Assembly: GCA_963665125.2 (NCBI GenBank)
Contig: CAXXUK010000001.1
Location: 2,400,001 to 2,464,000 of the forward strand
DNA: 64,000 bases
Direction: 5' to 3'
From: an uncultured Desulfarculus sp.
GTDB lineage: Bacteria; Desulfobacterota; Desulfarculia; Desulfarculales; Desulfarculaceae
Part shown: positions 47,244 through 57,593 of the stretch, piece after piece
Layout: each line of letters opens with the position of its first letter
Numbering within the stretch: position 1 is the first letter of the stretch
The notes under the pieces: generated by a model
What the model was told of the DNA's origin: nothing
Seen by the model: the letters and a program-made list of their open reading frames with translations, nothing else
Database searches by the model: none
Translations under genes and position numbers: made by a program

Positions 47244-47672
47244 TTACAGGCTCAGGCTCTCGGGGGCCTGGGCAGTGTGGGGGTGATCCGGTCCCGCGTA
47301 AACCTTAAGTTTCTTGATCATCTTACGGCCTAGGCGATTTTTGGGCAACATGCCGCGGACGGCGGCGAAGATCATCCGCTCGGGATACTTTTCGCGCATG
47401 ACATCGGCCGTGGTCTCGGTGATGCCGCCCGGATAACCGCTGTGGCGGTAATAGGCCTTCTGGTCCCACTTGCGACCGGTCAGCTTGATCTTTTCGGCAT
47501 TAACCACGATGATAAAATCACCGGTGTCCACGTGGGGCGTGAAAGTAGGCTTATGCTTTCCGCGCAGGCGCATGGCGACCTGGGTGGCCAGGCGGCCCAG
47601 CACCATGTCGGTAGCGTCGACGACGTACCACTCGCGGCTGGTTTCATTTGGTTTGGCGACGAATGTTTTCAT
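47244..47672 (-). CDS. rplM: 50S ribosomal protein L13
   Basis: [32 protein letters not shown]; start at ATG 47672. Confidence 0.98.
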   Translation of the reverse strand: MKTFVAKPNETSREWYVVDATDMVLGRLATQVAMRLRGKHKPTFTPHVDTGDFIIVVNAEKIKLTGRKWDQKAYYRHSGYPGGITETTADVMREKYPERMIFAAVRGMLPKNRLGRKMIKKLKVYAGPDHPHTAQAPESLSL

Positions 47673-47787
47673 TATTCCTGCCTGTAGGTATACAAGATTC
47701 CGCAATGGTCCCCTTAAAGGGCCAACGAAAGCTGTTTTTTATAGTAGAGCCCGCGATCTGTCAAGGCCTGGGGCTCGATTTTCCGGG

Positions 47788-50022
47788 CTATTGATTTCCG
47801 AAACCAAAGTTGGTGCCAAACAATTCGCCAAAGCCGCCAAGGCTGAAGGCCACGAAGAAGCCGCGTTCGCGCATGTCGTCGCGGTAATAGAGCCTCACAC
47901 CCCAGCACTGGCCCGAGTATTCAATCTGATAGATCGTCTCGTAGTCTTGCTCTTCGTCAAAGTCGTGCCTGTTCTGAACGCCCAGGCTCCATTCCTCGTT
48001 GAGTGCCAGTTTGGCCCGCGTATAAAGCTGCTTGAGCGAGTTGTGGGTAAAGCGGTAATCAACGCTGATTTCATCGCCCCGGTCGTCGCTGAAGACGAGT
48101 TGGGCGTTAATGGTCTCCCAGCGGTTTGCGTAGGGATCCCAGTAGATGTCGCTCTCAAAGTACATGCCGTCCCAGGGATCAAACTCAACACGGGCGCCGA
48201 CATCGCTGAAGGGCTTGATGTCGGCCTTGCCGGGCAGCGGATCACGGCGGGCTTCGTCAATGTAGTATCTCTGGAAGAAGTCGAGAGTAAGGAAATCTCG
48301 GTACTCCGCCTCGACCTCACCGGTTTCCTCGTTGTCCACCATCACTTTTGAAGTAAAGGTGTTTTTAAAACCGTAATAAAGGTAGTTCTGGGTTGTCGTT
48401 TGGTACTGGGCAAGGTCAGGCGCGTCGCTGTCGGTCATGCTTGGCCTGTAGTTATAATCGACAAAAGGCCTGAAGGCATGTTTCATCTTAAGGGGATTCT
48501 CTTCCGTTCCGAAATCGAACACCCGGTAGAGATATGTCGAGTTCTGCCACTTGGCGACCCAGGTATAACTGGCGCCGAGATTGTTCTTGTCCTGCGGCTC
48601 GTCATCGTCAAGGCTCGCGAAATATAGGCGCTGTTGCCATTTGAAGCTGGGCTCTGTTTCCAGGTAGTCGTTGAAGTTCAGCGGCAGGCTGACTTTTGGG
48701 TCAAAGTTGAGGATGTGGCCGGTGCTGCCCTCTTCCCGGTAGTAATAAGTATAATCTGAATTCATCTGGAAGTAGGCCAGACCGTTTTTACCGATTGCCT
48801 GCCTCGTGGCGTCGTAGCTTATGGTCGGCAGGCTCTGCAGCGTATCCTTATTGTCTGTCTCCAGATCATCGTAGTAATAGGCCGTCATGTTCAAAGTGCT
48901 CGCCGACCAGGATCGCAGCACGTTGACCTTGTTGACGCGGGTCGTGGTGGTGTTGGGCTCCAGGGAGCGGCCGAACATCTCGGTCAGACGGTAGTTGGTG
49001 GCGTCGTAGCCGGTATAACCGAAGGTGAACTCGCGCATATAATCCTGGTCGCTGACCAAGTCGAGGTCGGCGCGCAACTGCATCGTGCCGCCAAACAACT
49101 CTTGGTCGGCCATACCGCGCACCCACCAGCGTTTGTCGTACACCTCGGCGTTATAACCATCCAGGTAGAGGTTCTCGCCATTGGAATCGTGGTTCAGATA
49201 GTCGGCCATGAACATGCCCTTGGATTCGGTATCCAGAGCCCAGCGGTATTCGACGCCAACGTCCAGGCCGCGTTTGGTCATGTAGTTGAGGGTGATGGTG
49301 GCGTCATGTTCCTCGCCAAGCACCTGATAATAGGGCAGGCTGAACATGAAGCCCGACTGTTTGCTGTTACCAAAGGCCGGTGGCAGCAGACCGGATTGAC
49401 GCTTGAACTTGACCGGGAACACCAGATAGGGAGACCACAACACAGGCAGGTCCTTGACCCTGAAGGCCGTATTTTTGGCCGTGCCGTAGCCTTCCAGTTC
49501 TATATCCACCTCGTGACCGGTAATCTCCCAGTTGGGATGCTCGCCGTCGCAAGTGGTGAACCCGCCATAGGCCACACGATAGGTGTCCTTGCCGGTTTTC
49601 TCTATCTCTTCGCCGCGGAGATAATAGTTGGTGGGCCGCAGAAACACCTTGGCGTTGTAAAGCTTGCCCGTATTGTCGTTGAGATTGACGGCCAGGCTCT
49701 CGGCGGTGACCACCTGGTCCTTGGTGACCAAATGAACGTCGCCCTCCGCCTCGGCGATCATGGTTTCGGCAAACAGCCGCACCCGGTCGGCCACCAGACG
49801 GTTTTCGCCCTGGGTGATCTCGACCTCGCCCTCACACAGGTAGGCCTGAGCCTTGTCGTCATAGACCAGTTTGTCGGCCCGGACATCAACCGGAGCCGCC
49901 AGATCCAGTCTGACAAGTTCGTTGCTTTTTGCCGAAACAGGCGCTGCCGAAAAGGCAAGCACCGCCACTATGAAAGATACCAAGACCAGCCCTAGGCCAT
50001 ACGTACGCCAGGATTTGTGCAC
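47788..50022 (-). CDS. lptD: LPS assembly protein LptD
   Basis: Signal peptide, OstA-like N-domain, FTTC, KRQSGLL, aromatic beta-barrel, QCW near the C-terminus; GTG start with GGAGGAG SD. Confidence 0.9.
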   Translation of the reverse strand: MHKSWRTYGLGLVLVSFIVAVLAFSAAPVSAKSNELVRLDLAAPVDVRADKLVYDDKAQAYLCEGEVEITQGENRLVADRVRLFAETMIAEAEGDVHLVTKDQVVTAESLAVNLNDNTGKLYNAKVFLRPTNYYLRGEEIEKTGKDTYRVAYGGFTTCDGEHPNWEITGHEVDIELEGYGTAKNTAFRVKDLPVLWSPYLVFPVKFKRQSGLLPPAFGNSKQSGFMFSLPYYQVLGEEHDATITLNYMTKRGLDVGVEYRWALDTESKGMFMADYLNHDSNGENLYLDGYNAEVYDKRWWVRGMADQELFGGTMQLRADLDLVSDQDYMREFTFGYTGYDATNYRLTEMFGRSLEPNTTTTRVNKVNVLRSWSASTLNMTAYYYDDLETDNKDTLQSLPTISYDATRQAIGKNGLAYFQMNSDYTYYYREEGSTGHILNFDPKVSLPLNFNDYLETEPSFKWQQRLYFASLDDDEPQDKNNLGASYTWVAKWQNSTYLYRVFDFGTEENPLKMKHAFRPFVDYNYRPSMTDSDAPDLAQYQTTTQNYLYYGFKNTFTSKVMVDNEETGEVEAEYRDFLTLDFFQRYYIDEARRDPLPGKADIKPFSDVGARVEFDPWDGMYFESDIYWDPYANRWETINAQLVFSDDRGDEISVDYRFTHNSLKQLYTRAKLALNEEWSLGVQNRHDFDEEQDYETIYQIEYSGQCWGVRLYYRDDMRERGFFVAFSLGGFGELFGTNFGFGNQ

Positions 50023-50086
50023 GTGCGCTCCTCCCCGCTCCTCACCACGCGGTTGCATTTTGCCGCAACTTAGCATTTTGCTTTAT

Positions 50087-51385
50087 CTAAAGCAAGTCGC
50101 TTGTATCCATTCCTCCCAGGATTGCCCGCGCCTCACCCACGGTAAACAGCGACCCGCTGACCAGTACGACTCCCTTTGGTCCGGCCAATTGTTTCGCCCT
50201 GTCCATGGCCGGGCCCAATTGGCCAATGATTTCGTGGGGCGGGCAATCGTCTGGCGCCGCGGCGGCCAAGACCTGGGGTTCCGCCGCCCTGGTGTACATC
50301 GGCCGTGAAAACACCACCTTGTCGGCCAGCGGCAGCAAAATCTCCAGGATTTCCCTAATGGCTTTGTCGGCCATGACACCCACAACCATCACCAGATCTC
50401 CGCCCTGACGCCGTATTTGGTCCATGCTGGCCACAAGGGCCTTGGCCGCGGGCACGTTGTGGGCCCCATCCAACCACAGGGTAGGCTCGTCCTCGCCCGT
50501 GGGCCACTGCTCCAGCCGGGCGGGCCAGTCCACCTTTTTAAGGCCTGTTGCAAAGTTATCCGGCCCGATCCTCACGCCCGCCTCGGCCAGGCATTCCGCC
50601 GCGCCCAGTGCCAACGCGGCATTGGACGGCTGGTGGGCGCCCCGCAGATTCGTATGCATCTCCGCGAAACTCCACAAACGGCCCCACAGGCCAAACGATC
50701 CGTCGTCATTGCGGCGGAAGCGCACTTCCCGGCCCAGGCGGATCACCGGCGCGCCCAATTGACCGGCCCGTATTTCAACGACTTCCCGGGCCGGCGGCTG
50801 GCGCACGCCGTGCACCACCGGCACGTAGGGTTTGATTATCCCGGCCTTTTCATAGGCCACCTGGGCCAGGGTGCTGCCCAGAAACTCCTGGTGCTCCAAG
50901 CCGATGTTGGTGATCACCGTGGCCAGGGGCTTGCAGACATTGGTGGCGTCCAGGCGGCCGCCCAGGCCCGTCTCCAGGATCAGCAGGTCCACCTTTTGCC
51001 GGGCAAAATACAAAAAGGCCATGGCCGTGACGAACTCGAAAAAAGTAGGCGGTTCGCGGTCGTCGGCAATGGCCCAGACATCCTCGGCCAGGCTTACGAT
51101 CTCGTCCCGGCTGATCTCCTTGCCGTTGGTCTTGAACCGTTCGGTGAAGTTGACCAGATGGGGCGAGGTGTAAAAGCCGGTCTTGATCCCGGCGTCCATC
51201 AACGAGGCCTCCAACATGGCCCCCACCGAGCCCTTGCCGTTTGTACCGGCCAAATGGATTGTGGGAATGTCCAGGTGTGGATCGCCCAAACGCTTCAACA
51301 GCAACTCAGTGGAATTCAAACCTAGCTTGATGCCGAATTTCTGCAGGTCGTACAGCCGTTCAACGGCTTGGCGGTAAGCGTCCAT
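50087..51385 (-). CDS. folC: Folylpolyglutamate/dihydrofolate synthase
   Basis: GTNGKGS, YTSPHL, ETGLGGRLDATN, LDGAHN, SGSLF. Confidence 0.95.
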   Translation of the reverse strand: MDAYRQAVERLYDLQKFGIKLGLNSTELLLKRLGDPHLDIPTIHLAGTNGKGSVGAMLEASLMDAGIKTGFYTSPHLVNFTERFKTNGKEISRDEIVSLAEDVWAIADDREPPTFFEFVTAMAFLYFARQKVDLLILETGLGGRLDATNVCKPLATVITNIGLEHQEFLGSTLAQVAYEKAGIIKPYVPVVHGVRQPPAREVVEIRAGQLGAPVIRLGREVRFRRNDDGSFGLWGRLWSFAEMHTNLRGAHQPSNAALALGAAECLAEAGVRIGPDNFATGLKKVDWPARLEQWPTGEDEPTLWLDGAHNVPAAKALVASMDQIRRQGGDLVMVVGVMADKAIREILEILLPLADKVVFSRPMYTRAAEPQVLAAAAPDDCPPHEIIGQLGPAMDRAKQLAGPKGVVLVSGSLFTVGEARAILGGMDTSDLL

Positions 51386-51392
51386 TTTTCAC

Positions 51393-53606
51393 TCATTCAG
51401 CCTGCTCGAGGCCCGCGAATTTGAGTACAAGTGTTTTCAGGCCATAGGTCTGAAAATAGACCATGATTTTATCTTCACCCTTGTAGCCCATGACCTTGCC
51501 CTTGCCGAACTTGGCGTGGCTGACCATGGAACTGACGGCGTAAGGCCGGTCTTGATTCAAGAGCCTGCGGGCCACGGCGGCATTGCCAACCCCGGACGAC
51601 GTACCGGCAACCCGCCTGGCCGAGGTCTCGCGAGCCGGCGCGTCCGCTGCCGGAGCCGCGCCGGCGGCCCGCAAAAATGCGTCGCTGAAAACGCCACCGC
51701 CCGCCGACTGGCCCGCTAAAACACCGTCGGGCAGGCCGTCCAGAAAGCGGCTCAGTTCCTGGGGCCGCAGACCTTCGAAACGGCTGTAGCTCTCCCTGGG
51801 GGCCACGATGGTCAGTTCCCTGGCCGCACGGGTGCAGGCAACGTACATAAGGCGGCGTTCTTCCTCAACCGCTTCAGGGTCGCCGATGCTGGCGTGGGCG
51901 GGCAGGCGGCCGTCGGCGGCCCAGATCACGAACACATGGGGCCATTCCATGCCTTTGGCCGAATGAACCGTCGACAGGGTTATCCGCCCCCCGGCCAGTT
52001 CCTCGGCATGGGCGCTGGGCGGGTCCAGGACCAATTCGGCCAGCAGTTCCTCCATGCTTTCGTACTGCCGGGCCAGGCCGGGCAACTCCCCCAGATCGCG
52101 CATGCGCCGGGGCCAGTCCTCGAACTGCTCCTTGCAAACGGGCTCATAGTATTCCAGCACGGCCTCCATTTTATCCAGAGGCGGTGAACCAAGATCGCTG
52201 ATTTCATCCAACAGGTCGGCAAGCTGGCGCAGGCGACCGGTTTTTTCGGCATAGGGAGACTGGCGCAACTGCGTGCCGAACTGGCTGGGATTGGTGGCCA
52301 TGGCCACCCTGGCGATGATCTGCTGGGCCTTGGCCGGACCGACGCCGGGCATCAGAAGCAATATCCGCTGCCAGGATATGAAATCCTGGGGGTTGGCGAT
52401 GACTCGCAGATGGGCCAGAACGTCTTTGATGTGGGCCGCTTCCAAAAATTTGAGCCCGCCGTATTTGACGTAGGAAATATGCTCTGCCGTCAGTTCCCGC
52501 TCCAGGTCGAAGCTGTCGCGACCGGCCCGGAACAATACGGCGATGTCGTCGTGTTTGGCCCCCTTGGCCAAAAGGGAGCGGATGCGCTCGGTCACTAAAC
52601 GAGACTGGCCCCGCTCGTCCCTGGGCCGCTCCAGCTTCGGCGCCACGCCTTCGGTGGTCTCGGTGTAGAGCTTCTTGTCGTAGCGGTGGGCAGCAGCCGC
52701 GATGATGGCGTTGGTCAGGTCCAGGATGGGCTGGGTGGAGCGGTAGTTGCGCTCCAGCTTGACCACCCTGGTCCCGGCGAAGACCTCGGGGAACTCGAAA
52801 ATATTGCTGATGCGCGCGCCCCGGAAGCGATAGATGCTCTGGGCGTCGTCGCCCACCACCATGATCTCCTGGCCGCCCGATGCCAACAGGGCCAGCAGCC
52901 GGGCCTGCACCGCGTTGGTGTCCTGATACTCATCCACCAGCACATGACGCCACTTGGCGTTCAATTCACCACGGATGTCGGGATTGCCTTTGAGCAGGTC
53001 CTCGGTCATGAACAGCAGATCGTCGTAGTCGACCTGGTTGTGCAGGGCCTTGCTGCGGGCGTAGGCCTGGGCGATCTGCTCGATGGGCTGGGCATATTCC
53101 CACAGGTGGTCGGCCTGGGTCTCGATCAGTTCCGGGATGGTCAGTTCCATGTTCCGGGCCTTGGATATGGCGCCGAAGATGGTTCTGGGTTTGGGGAACG
53201 ACTTATCGGTCTTGCCTTTGACACCCAGTTCCTGGATCGAGCCGCGGATGAGCTGTTCGGCGTCGGCCGGGTCGAGGATCGTAAAGTTGGGTTGCAGACC
53301 CACCCGCGAGGCCCAGCGCCGCATCAGGCGGTTGCACAGCGAATGGAACGTGCCGCCGCTGACGTGGCGACATTGGGGGTTCAGTTCAACTGCCCGGCTC
53401 AGCATCTCCGCCGCGGCCCGTCGGGTGAAGGTGAGCAGCAGTATGCTCTCGGGCGGCTGGCCCTGATCAACGATGTGGGCCACGCGGTGGACCAGGGTCC
53501 TGGTCTTGCCGCTGCCCGCGCCGGCGATGACCAATACGGGGCCGCCGCGCATCTCCACGGCCTGGCGCTGGGCATCGTTGAGGCTGTCTAGGATGCCCCC
53601 GCTCAC
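51393..53606 (-). CDS. UvrD/PcrA-family ATP-dependent DNA helicase
   Basis: AGAGSGKT, DEYQD, GDDAQSIY, NYRS, TVHSAKG, EERRLMYVACTRA, C-terminal HAKFGKG domain. Confidence 0.93.
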   Translation of the reverse strand: MSGGILDSLNDAQRQAVEMRGGPVLVIAGAGSGKTRTLVHRVAHIVDQGQPPESILLLTFTRRAAAEMLSRAVELNPQCRHVSGGTFHSLCNRLMRRWASRVGLQPNFTILDPADAEQLIRGSIQELGVKGKTDKSFPKPRTIFGAISKARNMELTIPELIETQADHLWEYAQPIEQIAQAYARSKALHNQVDYDDLLFMTEDLLKGNPDIRGELNAKWRHVLVDEYQDTNAVQARLLALLASGGQEIMVVGDDAQSIYRFRGARISNIFEFPEVFAGTRVVKLERNYRSTQPILDLTNAIIAAAAHRYDKKLYTETTEGVAPKLERPRDERGQSRLVTERIRSLLAKGAKHDDIAVLFRAGRDSFDLERELTAEHISYVKYGGLKFLEAAHIKDVLAHLRVIANPQDFISWQRILLLMPGVGPAKAQQIIARVAMATNPSQFGTQLRQSPYAEKTGRLRQLADLLDEISDLGSPPLDKMEAVLEYYEPVCKEQFEDWPRRMRDLGELPGLARQYESMEELLAELVLDPPSAHAEELAGGRITLSTVHSAKGMEWPHVFVIWAADGRLPAHASIGDPEAVEEERRLMYVACTRAARELTIVAPRESYSRFEGLRPQELSRFLDGLPDGVLAGQSAGGGVFSDAFLRAAGAAPAADAPARETSARRVAGTSSGVGNAAVARRLLNQDRPYAVSSMVSHAKFGKGKVMGYKGEDKIMVYFQTYGLKTLVLKFAGLEQAE

Positions 53607-55132
53607 GATGCGCTGAAGTGGGCCTTAAGGGCCGCTATGAGGTCGGGTATGGTGTAGGCGTCTGGCTCCAGGTGCACCTTGAAGCCGTATTCCCGCGCCG
53701 TCTGGCTGGTCACCGGCCCGATGGAGGCGATGGTGATCTCGTCATTCTGGCTGGCCGCGATCAACTGGTCCCGTTTTTCATCATCCAACAGCCGCATCAT
53801 GTTGCGCACCGTCGACGATGCCGTAAATGTGATGACATCAAGGCCGTCTTCCATGGCGCCGGCGATCTTTTCCCGGGAGCCCATGGGAATCATCGTCTCA
53901 TATGCCGCCACAACATCCACCAGGGCGCCCCGGTCCTGCAAGGTTTCGGGCAGCACTTGTCTGGCCTGGGCGGCTCTGGGGATAAGCACCTTCTTGCCCG
54001 CCAGGTTGTGTTCGCCAAGGGCCTCCAACAGGCCTTCGGCCACAAAGGTGCGGGCCGTGACATCGCAGGTCAGGCCCATGTCGCTGAGGGCCTGGGCCGT
54101 GGCCGGACCGATGGCCGCGATTTTCACGCTGCAAAGTGCGCGTACGTCCCGGCCGATGTTTTTCAGGGCGGTGAAGAACGGATCAACGCCATTGACGCTG
54201 GTAAACAGAATCCAGTCGTAATCACCGGCGTGACGGGCGGCCCATTCCAACTGACGCGGTTCCGGCAACGGCATGATTTCAATGGTGGGGCATTCCACCA
54301 CTTCAGCGCCGATGGCCCGCAGACCCGTGGAAAGCTTGCTGGCCTGTTTGCGGGCCCTGGTCACCAATACCTTCTTGCCGAACATGGGCAGCCGCTCGAA
54401 CCAGTTGAGGCGCTCCCGCAGACCCACAACGCCGCCGACGATGGTCACCGCCGGGGGCTTGATCCCGGCCTGGGCCACCTTGTCGGCCAGATCGGCCAGG
54501 GTGCCGCTGACGGTCTGCTGGCGGCTGGTGGTGCCCCAACGCACGCAGGCCGCCGGGGTATCCGGAGCCTTGCCGTGGGCCACCAACTGCTGGCAGATAT
54601 TGGGCAGGTTTTTGACGCCCATCAAAAAGACCAGGCTGCCTATTCCGGCCAGGGCGGACCAGTTGATGGTGGACTCGGGCTTGTCCGGGTCCTCGTGACC
54701 GGTGACAAAGGCCACTTCCGTGGCGTGACGGCGGTCGGTCACCGGAATGCCCGCGTAGCTGGCCGCGGCCACGGCGCTGGTCACGCCGGGCACCACCTCG
54801 AAGGCCAGGCCCAGGTCGTCCAGGGCCGTGGCTTCCTCACTGCCCCGGCCGAACACATACGGATCACCGCCCTTGAGGCGCACGACCGTCTTGCCGTTTT
54901 TGGCCAGGGTGCATAAAAGCTCGTTGATTTTTTCCTGGGTCATGGTGTGGTCGCCGCCCTTTTTGCCGACATAAATCATCTCGGCATTTTGCGGCGCCAA
55001 GGCCAGAAGCTCGGGATTGGCCAAAAAATCATAGACCACGGTGTCGGCCTGGGCCAGACAACGGGCCGCCTTGACGGTGATCAATTCGGGATCGCCGGGG
55101 CCGGCCCCGACCAGATAAACCTTGCCGCTCAT
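53603..55132 (-). CDS. cobA: Fused uroporphyrinogen-III C-methyltransferase / synthase (CobA-HemD)
   Basis: VGAGPGDPEL, RLKGGDP, then HemD part FTSVNGV, AIGPAT, FTASSTV. Confidence 0.94.
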   Translation of the reverse strand: MSGKVYLVGAGPGDPELITVKAARCLAQADTVVYDFLANPELLALAPQNAEMIYVGKKGGDHTMTQEKINELLCTLAKNGKTVVRLKGGDPYVFGRGSEEATALDDLGLAFEVVPGVTSAVAAASYAGIPVTDRRHATEVAFVTGHEDPDKPESTINWSALAGIGSLVFLMGVKNLPNICQQLVAHGKAPDTPAACVRWGTTSRQQTVSGTLADLADKVAQAGIKPPAVTIVGGVVGLRERLNWFERLPMFGKKVLVTRARKQASKLSTGLRAIGAEVVECPTIEIMPLPEPRQLEWAARHAGDYDWILFTSVNGVDPFFTALKNIGRDVRALCSVKIAAIGPATAQALSDMGLTCDVTARTFVAEGLLEALGEHNLAGKKVLIPRAAQARQVLPETLQDRGALVDVVAAYETMIPMGSREKIAGAMEDGLDVITFTASSTVRNMMRLLDDEKRDQLIAASQNDEITIASIGPVTSQTAREYGFKVHLEPDAYTIPDLIAALKAHFSAS

Positions 55133-56061
55133 TTGGGCCCCTCCCCGTATACGCTGGCCAATATCTCTCGGCCGCCTGCGTCAAGCACTTCCTCGGCCGC
55201 TTGGCGGCCCAGTTGCGCCGCAGCATCGGGCGAACCGGTTTTTTTGCTGCGAATGACTTGTTTGCCGTCCAGGCTGGCCACCAGACCCTCGAATATTACT
55301 TGCCCGTCTTCAACCACGGCATACCCGGCAATGGGCACCTGGCAACCGCCCTCCAGCCGGGCCAGGAAGGCCCGCTCGGCGGCCACGGCCCAGGCCGTTT
55401 TCTGATGGTCCAGCCTGGTGCAAAGATCCATGGTGTATTGATCGGCCTGATTGATCTCGATGGCCAATGCGCCCTGGCCCACGGCGGGCAGCATCTGGGT
55501 GGGTTCCAAGGGACTGACCGGCACGTCGGCCATTTCCAGGCGGCGTAGGCCGGCCGAGGCCAGCAGGATGGCGTCCAGGCCCAACTCCTCCATTTTCTTG
55601 AGGCGGGTCTGCACATTGCCCCTGATGGAAACTATCTCGGCGTCCGGGCGCAAGGCCAGGGCCTGTGCCTGACGCCGCAGGCTGCTGGTGCCGATGCGCG
55701 GATTGGCCGGAAGCCCGTCAACGCCCCGACCGTCCCGGGTGACCAGCACGTCCCTGGGGTCTTCGCGCTGAGTGATGGCGGCGATGACCAGACCGGGAGG
55801 CAGTTCGGTGGGCATGTCCTTCATGGAATGCACGGCCACCTGGGCCTGGCCGGTGAGCAGGGCGTCTTCGATCTCCTTGACGAACAGCCCCTTGCCGCCG
55901 ACCTTGGCCAGGGGCACGTCCAGAATCTTGTCGCCCTTGGTCTTTAGCACCTTCAAATCAACGGTTAGGCCGGGGTCAAGCTCCCGCAGACGCGCGGCAA
56001 CCCACTCGGCCTGGGCCAGCGCCAATTGGCTGCCCCTGGTGGCTATGGTCAATTGAGGCAT
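55129..56061 (-). CDS. hemC: Porphobilinogen deaminase
   Basis: ATRGSQLA, GGKGLFVKEIE, VHSMKD, GTSSLRR, EGGCQVP. Confidence 0.97.
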   Translation of the reverse strand: MPQLTIATRGSQLALAQAEWVAARLRELDPGLTVDLKVLKTKGDKILDVPLAKVGGKGLFVKEIEDALLTGQAQVAVHSMKDMPTELPPGLVIAAITQREDPRDVLVTRDGRGVDGLPANPRIGTSSLRRQAQALALRPDAEIVSIRGNVQTRLKKMEELGLDAILLASAGLRRLEMADVPVSPLEPTQMLPAVGQGALAIEINQADQYTMDLCTRLDHQKTAWAVAAERAFLARLEGGCQVPIAGYAVVEDGQVIFEGLVASLDGKQVIRSKKTGSPDAAAQLGRQAAEEVLDAGGREILASVYGEGPK

Positions 56062-56198
56062 GTCTTCAATATCAATCTGTTAGGGTCTTTTAACGAGTTC
56101 CCCGGGCCCATCGGCAAGGCGATAATGGGTCAAGCAGTACCACCGCACCGCGATTACTTGACTACGCGGCGAATGAGAACATGGGCTCGCCCGCGGGG

Positions 56199-56319
56199 TG
56201 AAATTATTTTGGATGTGCTTCGGTCACTGCCGGCGGTCCTTCCGGCGATTTTGCGATTGGAATCCACGCTCAACGGATACGGCCGGCTTGAAGTTTGTCA
56301 ACTTACCAAAATAATTTCA
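56199..56319. repeat. 121-bp segment bounded by perfect 14-bp inverted repeats
   Basis: TGAAATTATTTTGG (56199-56212) and CCAAAATAATTTCA (56306-56319). Confidence 0.7.
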
Positions 56320-56332
56320 TGAAATCTTGTAA

Positions 56333-56548
56333 TTAGCCGCAGGACGAGCAGTTCGTGCTGGTGCATCCGGCGCAGGAGCTTCCAGACCCGCTCAGGGAAG
56401 TTCCGTCGCTCTTGGCCGAAAAGCCGCTCATCAAGCGCCCCACGTCCTTGCCGCCGCACTCCGGGCAGCGGACTTCGTCCCCGGAGCTAAGCACCAGCAC
56501 CTCGAATTCCTTGTTGCAGGCCTTGCAAAGATATTCATAGATCGGCAT
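56333..56548 (-). CDS. FmdB-family zinc-ribbon protein
   Basis: MPIYEYLCKAC...CPECG and Cys-rich tail CAGCTSTNCSSCG. Confidence 0.9.
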   Translation of the reverse strand: MPIYEYLCKACNKEFEVLVLSSGDEVRCPECGGKDVGRLMSGFSAKSDGTSLSGSGSSCAGCTSTNCSSCG

Positions 56549-56654
56549 TGCCATTTATCCTTTGGCGGTTTGGCCGCCCGTTGTTTGATCAATGGAAAAG
56601 GATTCCGTAGTAAATAATAGTATGGCCCTGCCGCCGATGCCGCAACCCAACCCG

Positions 56655-57593
56655 CTAGGCGTTTAATCCCTCGATAATCATGGCCAGCAGCAATGGAACG
56701 TTTATCTCGTGGTGCCCAGTAAGGCTTATGCCCTTGCCGCCGGTCAGCACCGGACGCCGCACCACGTTGGTGTTGGGCCGGTAATGCTGGATCATGTCCA
56801 TATTCACGGTGGTGAAATCCTTGACTTCGTGGCCGAGGTTGCGGGCCGCCGACAAGGCCTTTAAAAACACCTCGGGCAGCACAACGGCCGAACCGATGTT
56901 TAAATACACCCCTCCCTTTAACTCCGCCACCTGGTTTATCAGCTTGCGAAAGTCCACATGGCTGGCCTTGCCCGCAGCGGCCGCGTCAAAGCTGGGATGC
57001 ATGTGGATGATGTCGGCGCCCACGGCGATGTGAACTGTGACCGGAACATCGCGCCGGGAGGCGGAGGCCAAAAGAGAATAATCGACATTGGCCGGGGCGG
57101 CCTTCACCAGGGCCGAGCCAACGGCGCAGCCGAAGCCCTTGTCAGGCGAGGCGCTAACCGCGCCGTTTATGAATTCGCCGGTCTGGCGGGCCATGCCGAA
57201 GCTGCCGTCGGCCAGGGCCTCGGCCACGTCCTCGCTGGTCTGGCCGGCCAGGGCTATTTCGGTGTCATGGATGACGCAGGCCCCGTTGAAGGCCAAGCCG
57301 GTTATGATGCCCCGCTCCATGGCGTCTATGAGCAGCGGGCTCAGGCCCACCTTGATGACGTGGGCGCCCATGGCCAGGATCACCGGTCTGCCGGCCTTGC
57401 GCGCCGAAACGACGGCATCGGCCGCGACCCGCAATTCGTCGGCCGCCAATACGTGGGGAAGGCTGTGTATAAAATCCACCAGGCTGCCCCCCGGCTGCCA
57501 TGGCCTGCCCAGGTTGTCGCCACTGACTTTTGATTTTCTGACCGTAAGGTCCGTCAAATGTAGTTTGGTTAAATCGGCGGGGGTGCTTTTCAT
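56655..57593 (-). CDS. Conserved hypothetical protein, deoxyhypusine-synthase-like fold
   Basis: GAHVIKVG, NGACVIHD, GSAVVLPEVFLKA, GHHEI; 4-nt overlap with gmhA. Confidence 0.75.
   Translation of the reverse strand: MKSTPADLTKLHLTDLTVRKSKVSGDNLGRPWQPGGSLVDFIHSLPHVLAADELRVAADAVVSARKAGRPVILAMGAHVIKVGLSPLLIDAMERGIITGLAFNGACVIHDTEIALAGQTSEDVAEALADGSFGMARQTGEFINGAVSASPDKGFGCAVGSALVKAAPANVDYSLLASASRRDVPVTVHIAVGADIIHMHPSFDAAAAGKASHVDFRKLINQVAELKGGVYLNIGSAVVLPEVFLKALSAARNLGHEVKDFTTVNMDMIQHYRPNTNVVRRPVLTGGKGISLTGHHEINVPLLLAMIIEGLNA

Noticed and set aside
56026..56322. 98-aa ORF across the structured intergenic region
   Set aside because: It starts inside hemC on the opposite strand and has no SD or recognisable motif; the inverted repeats explain the region better.
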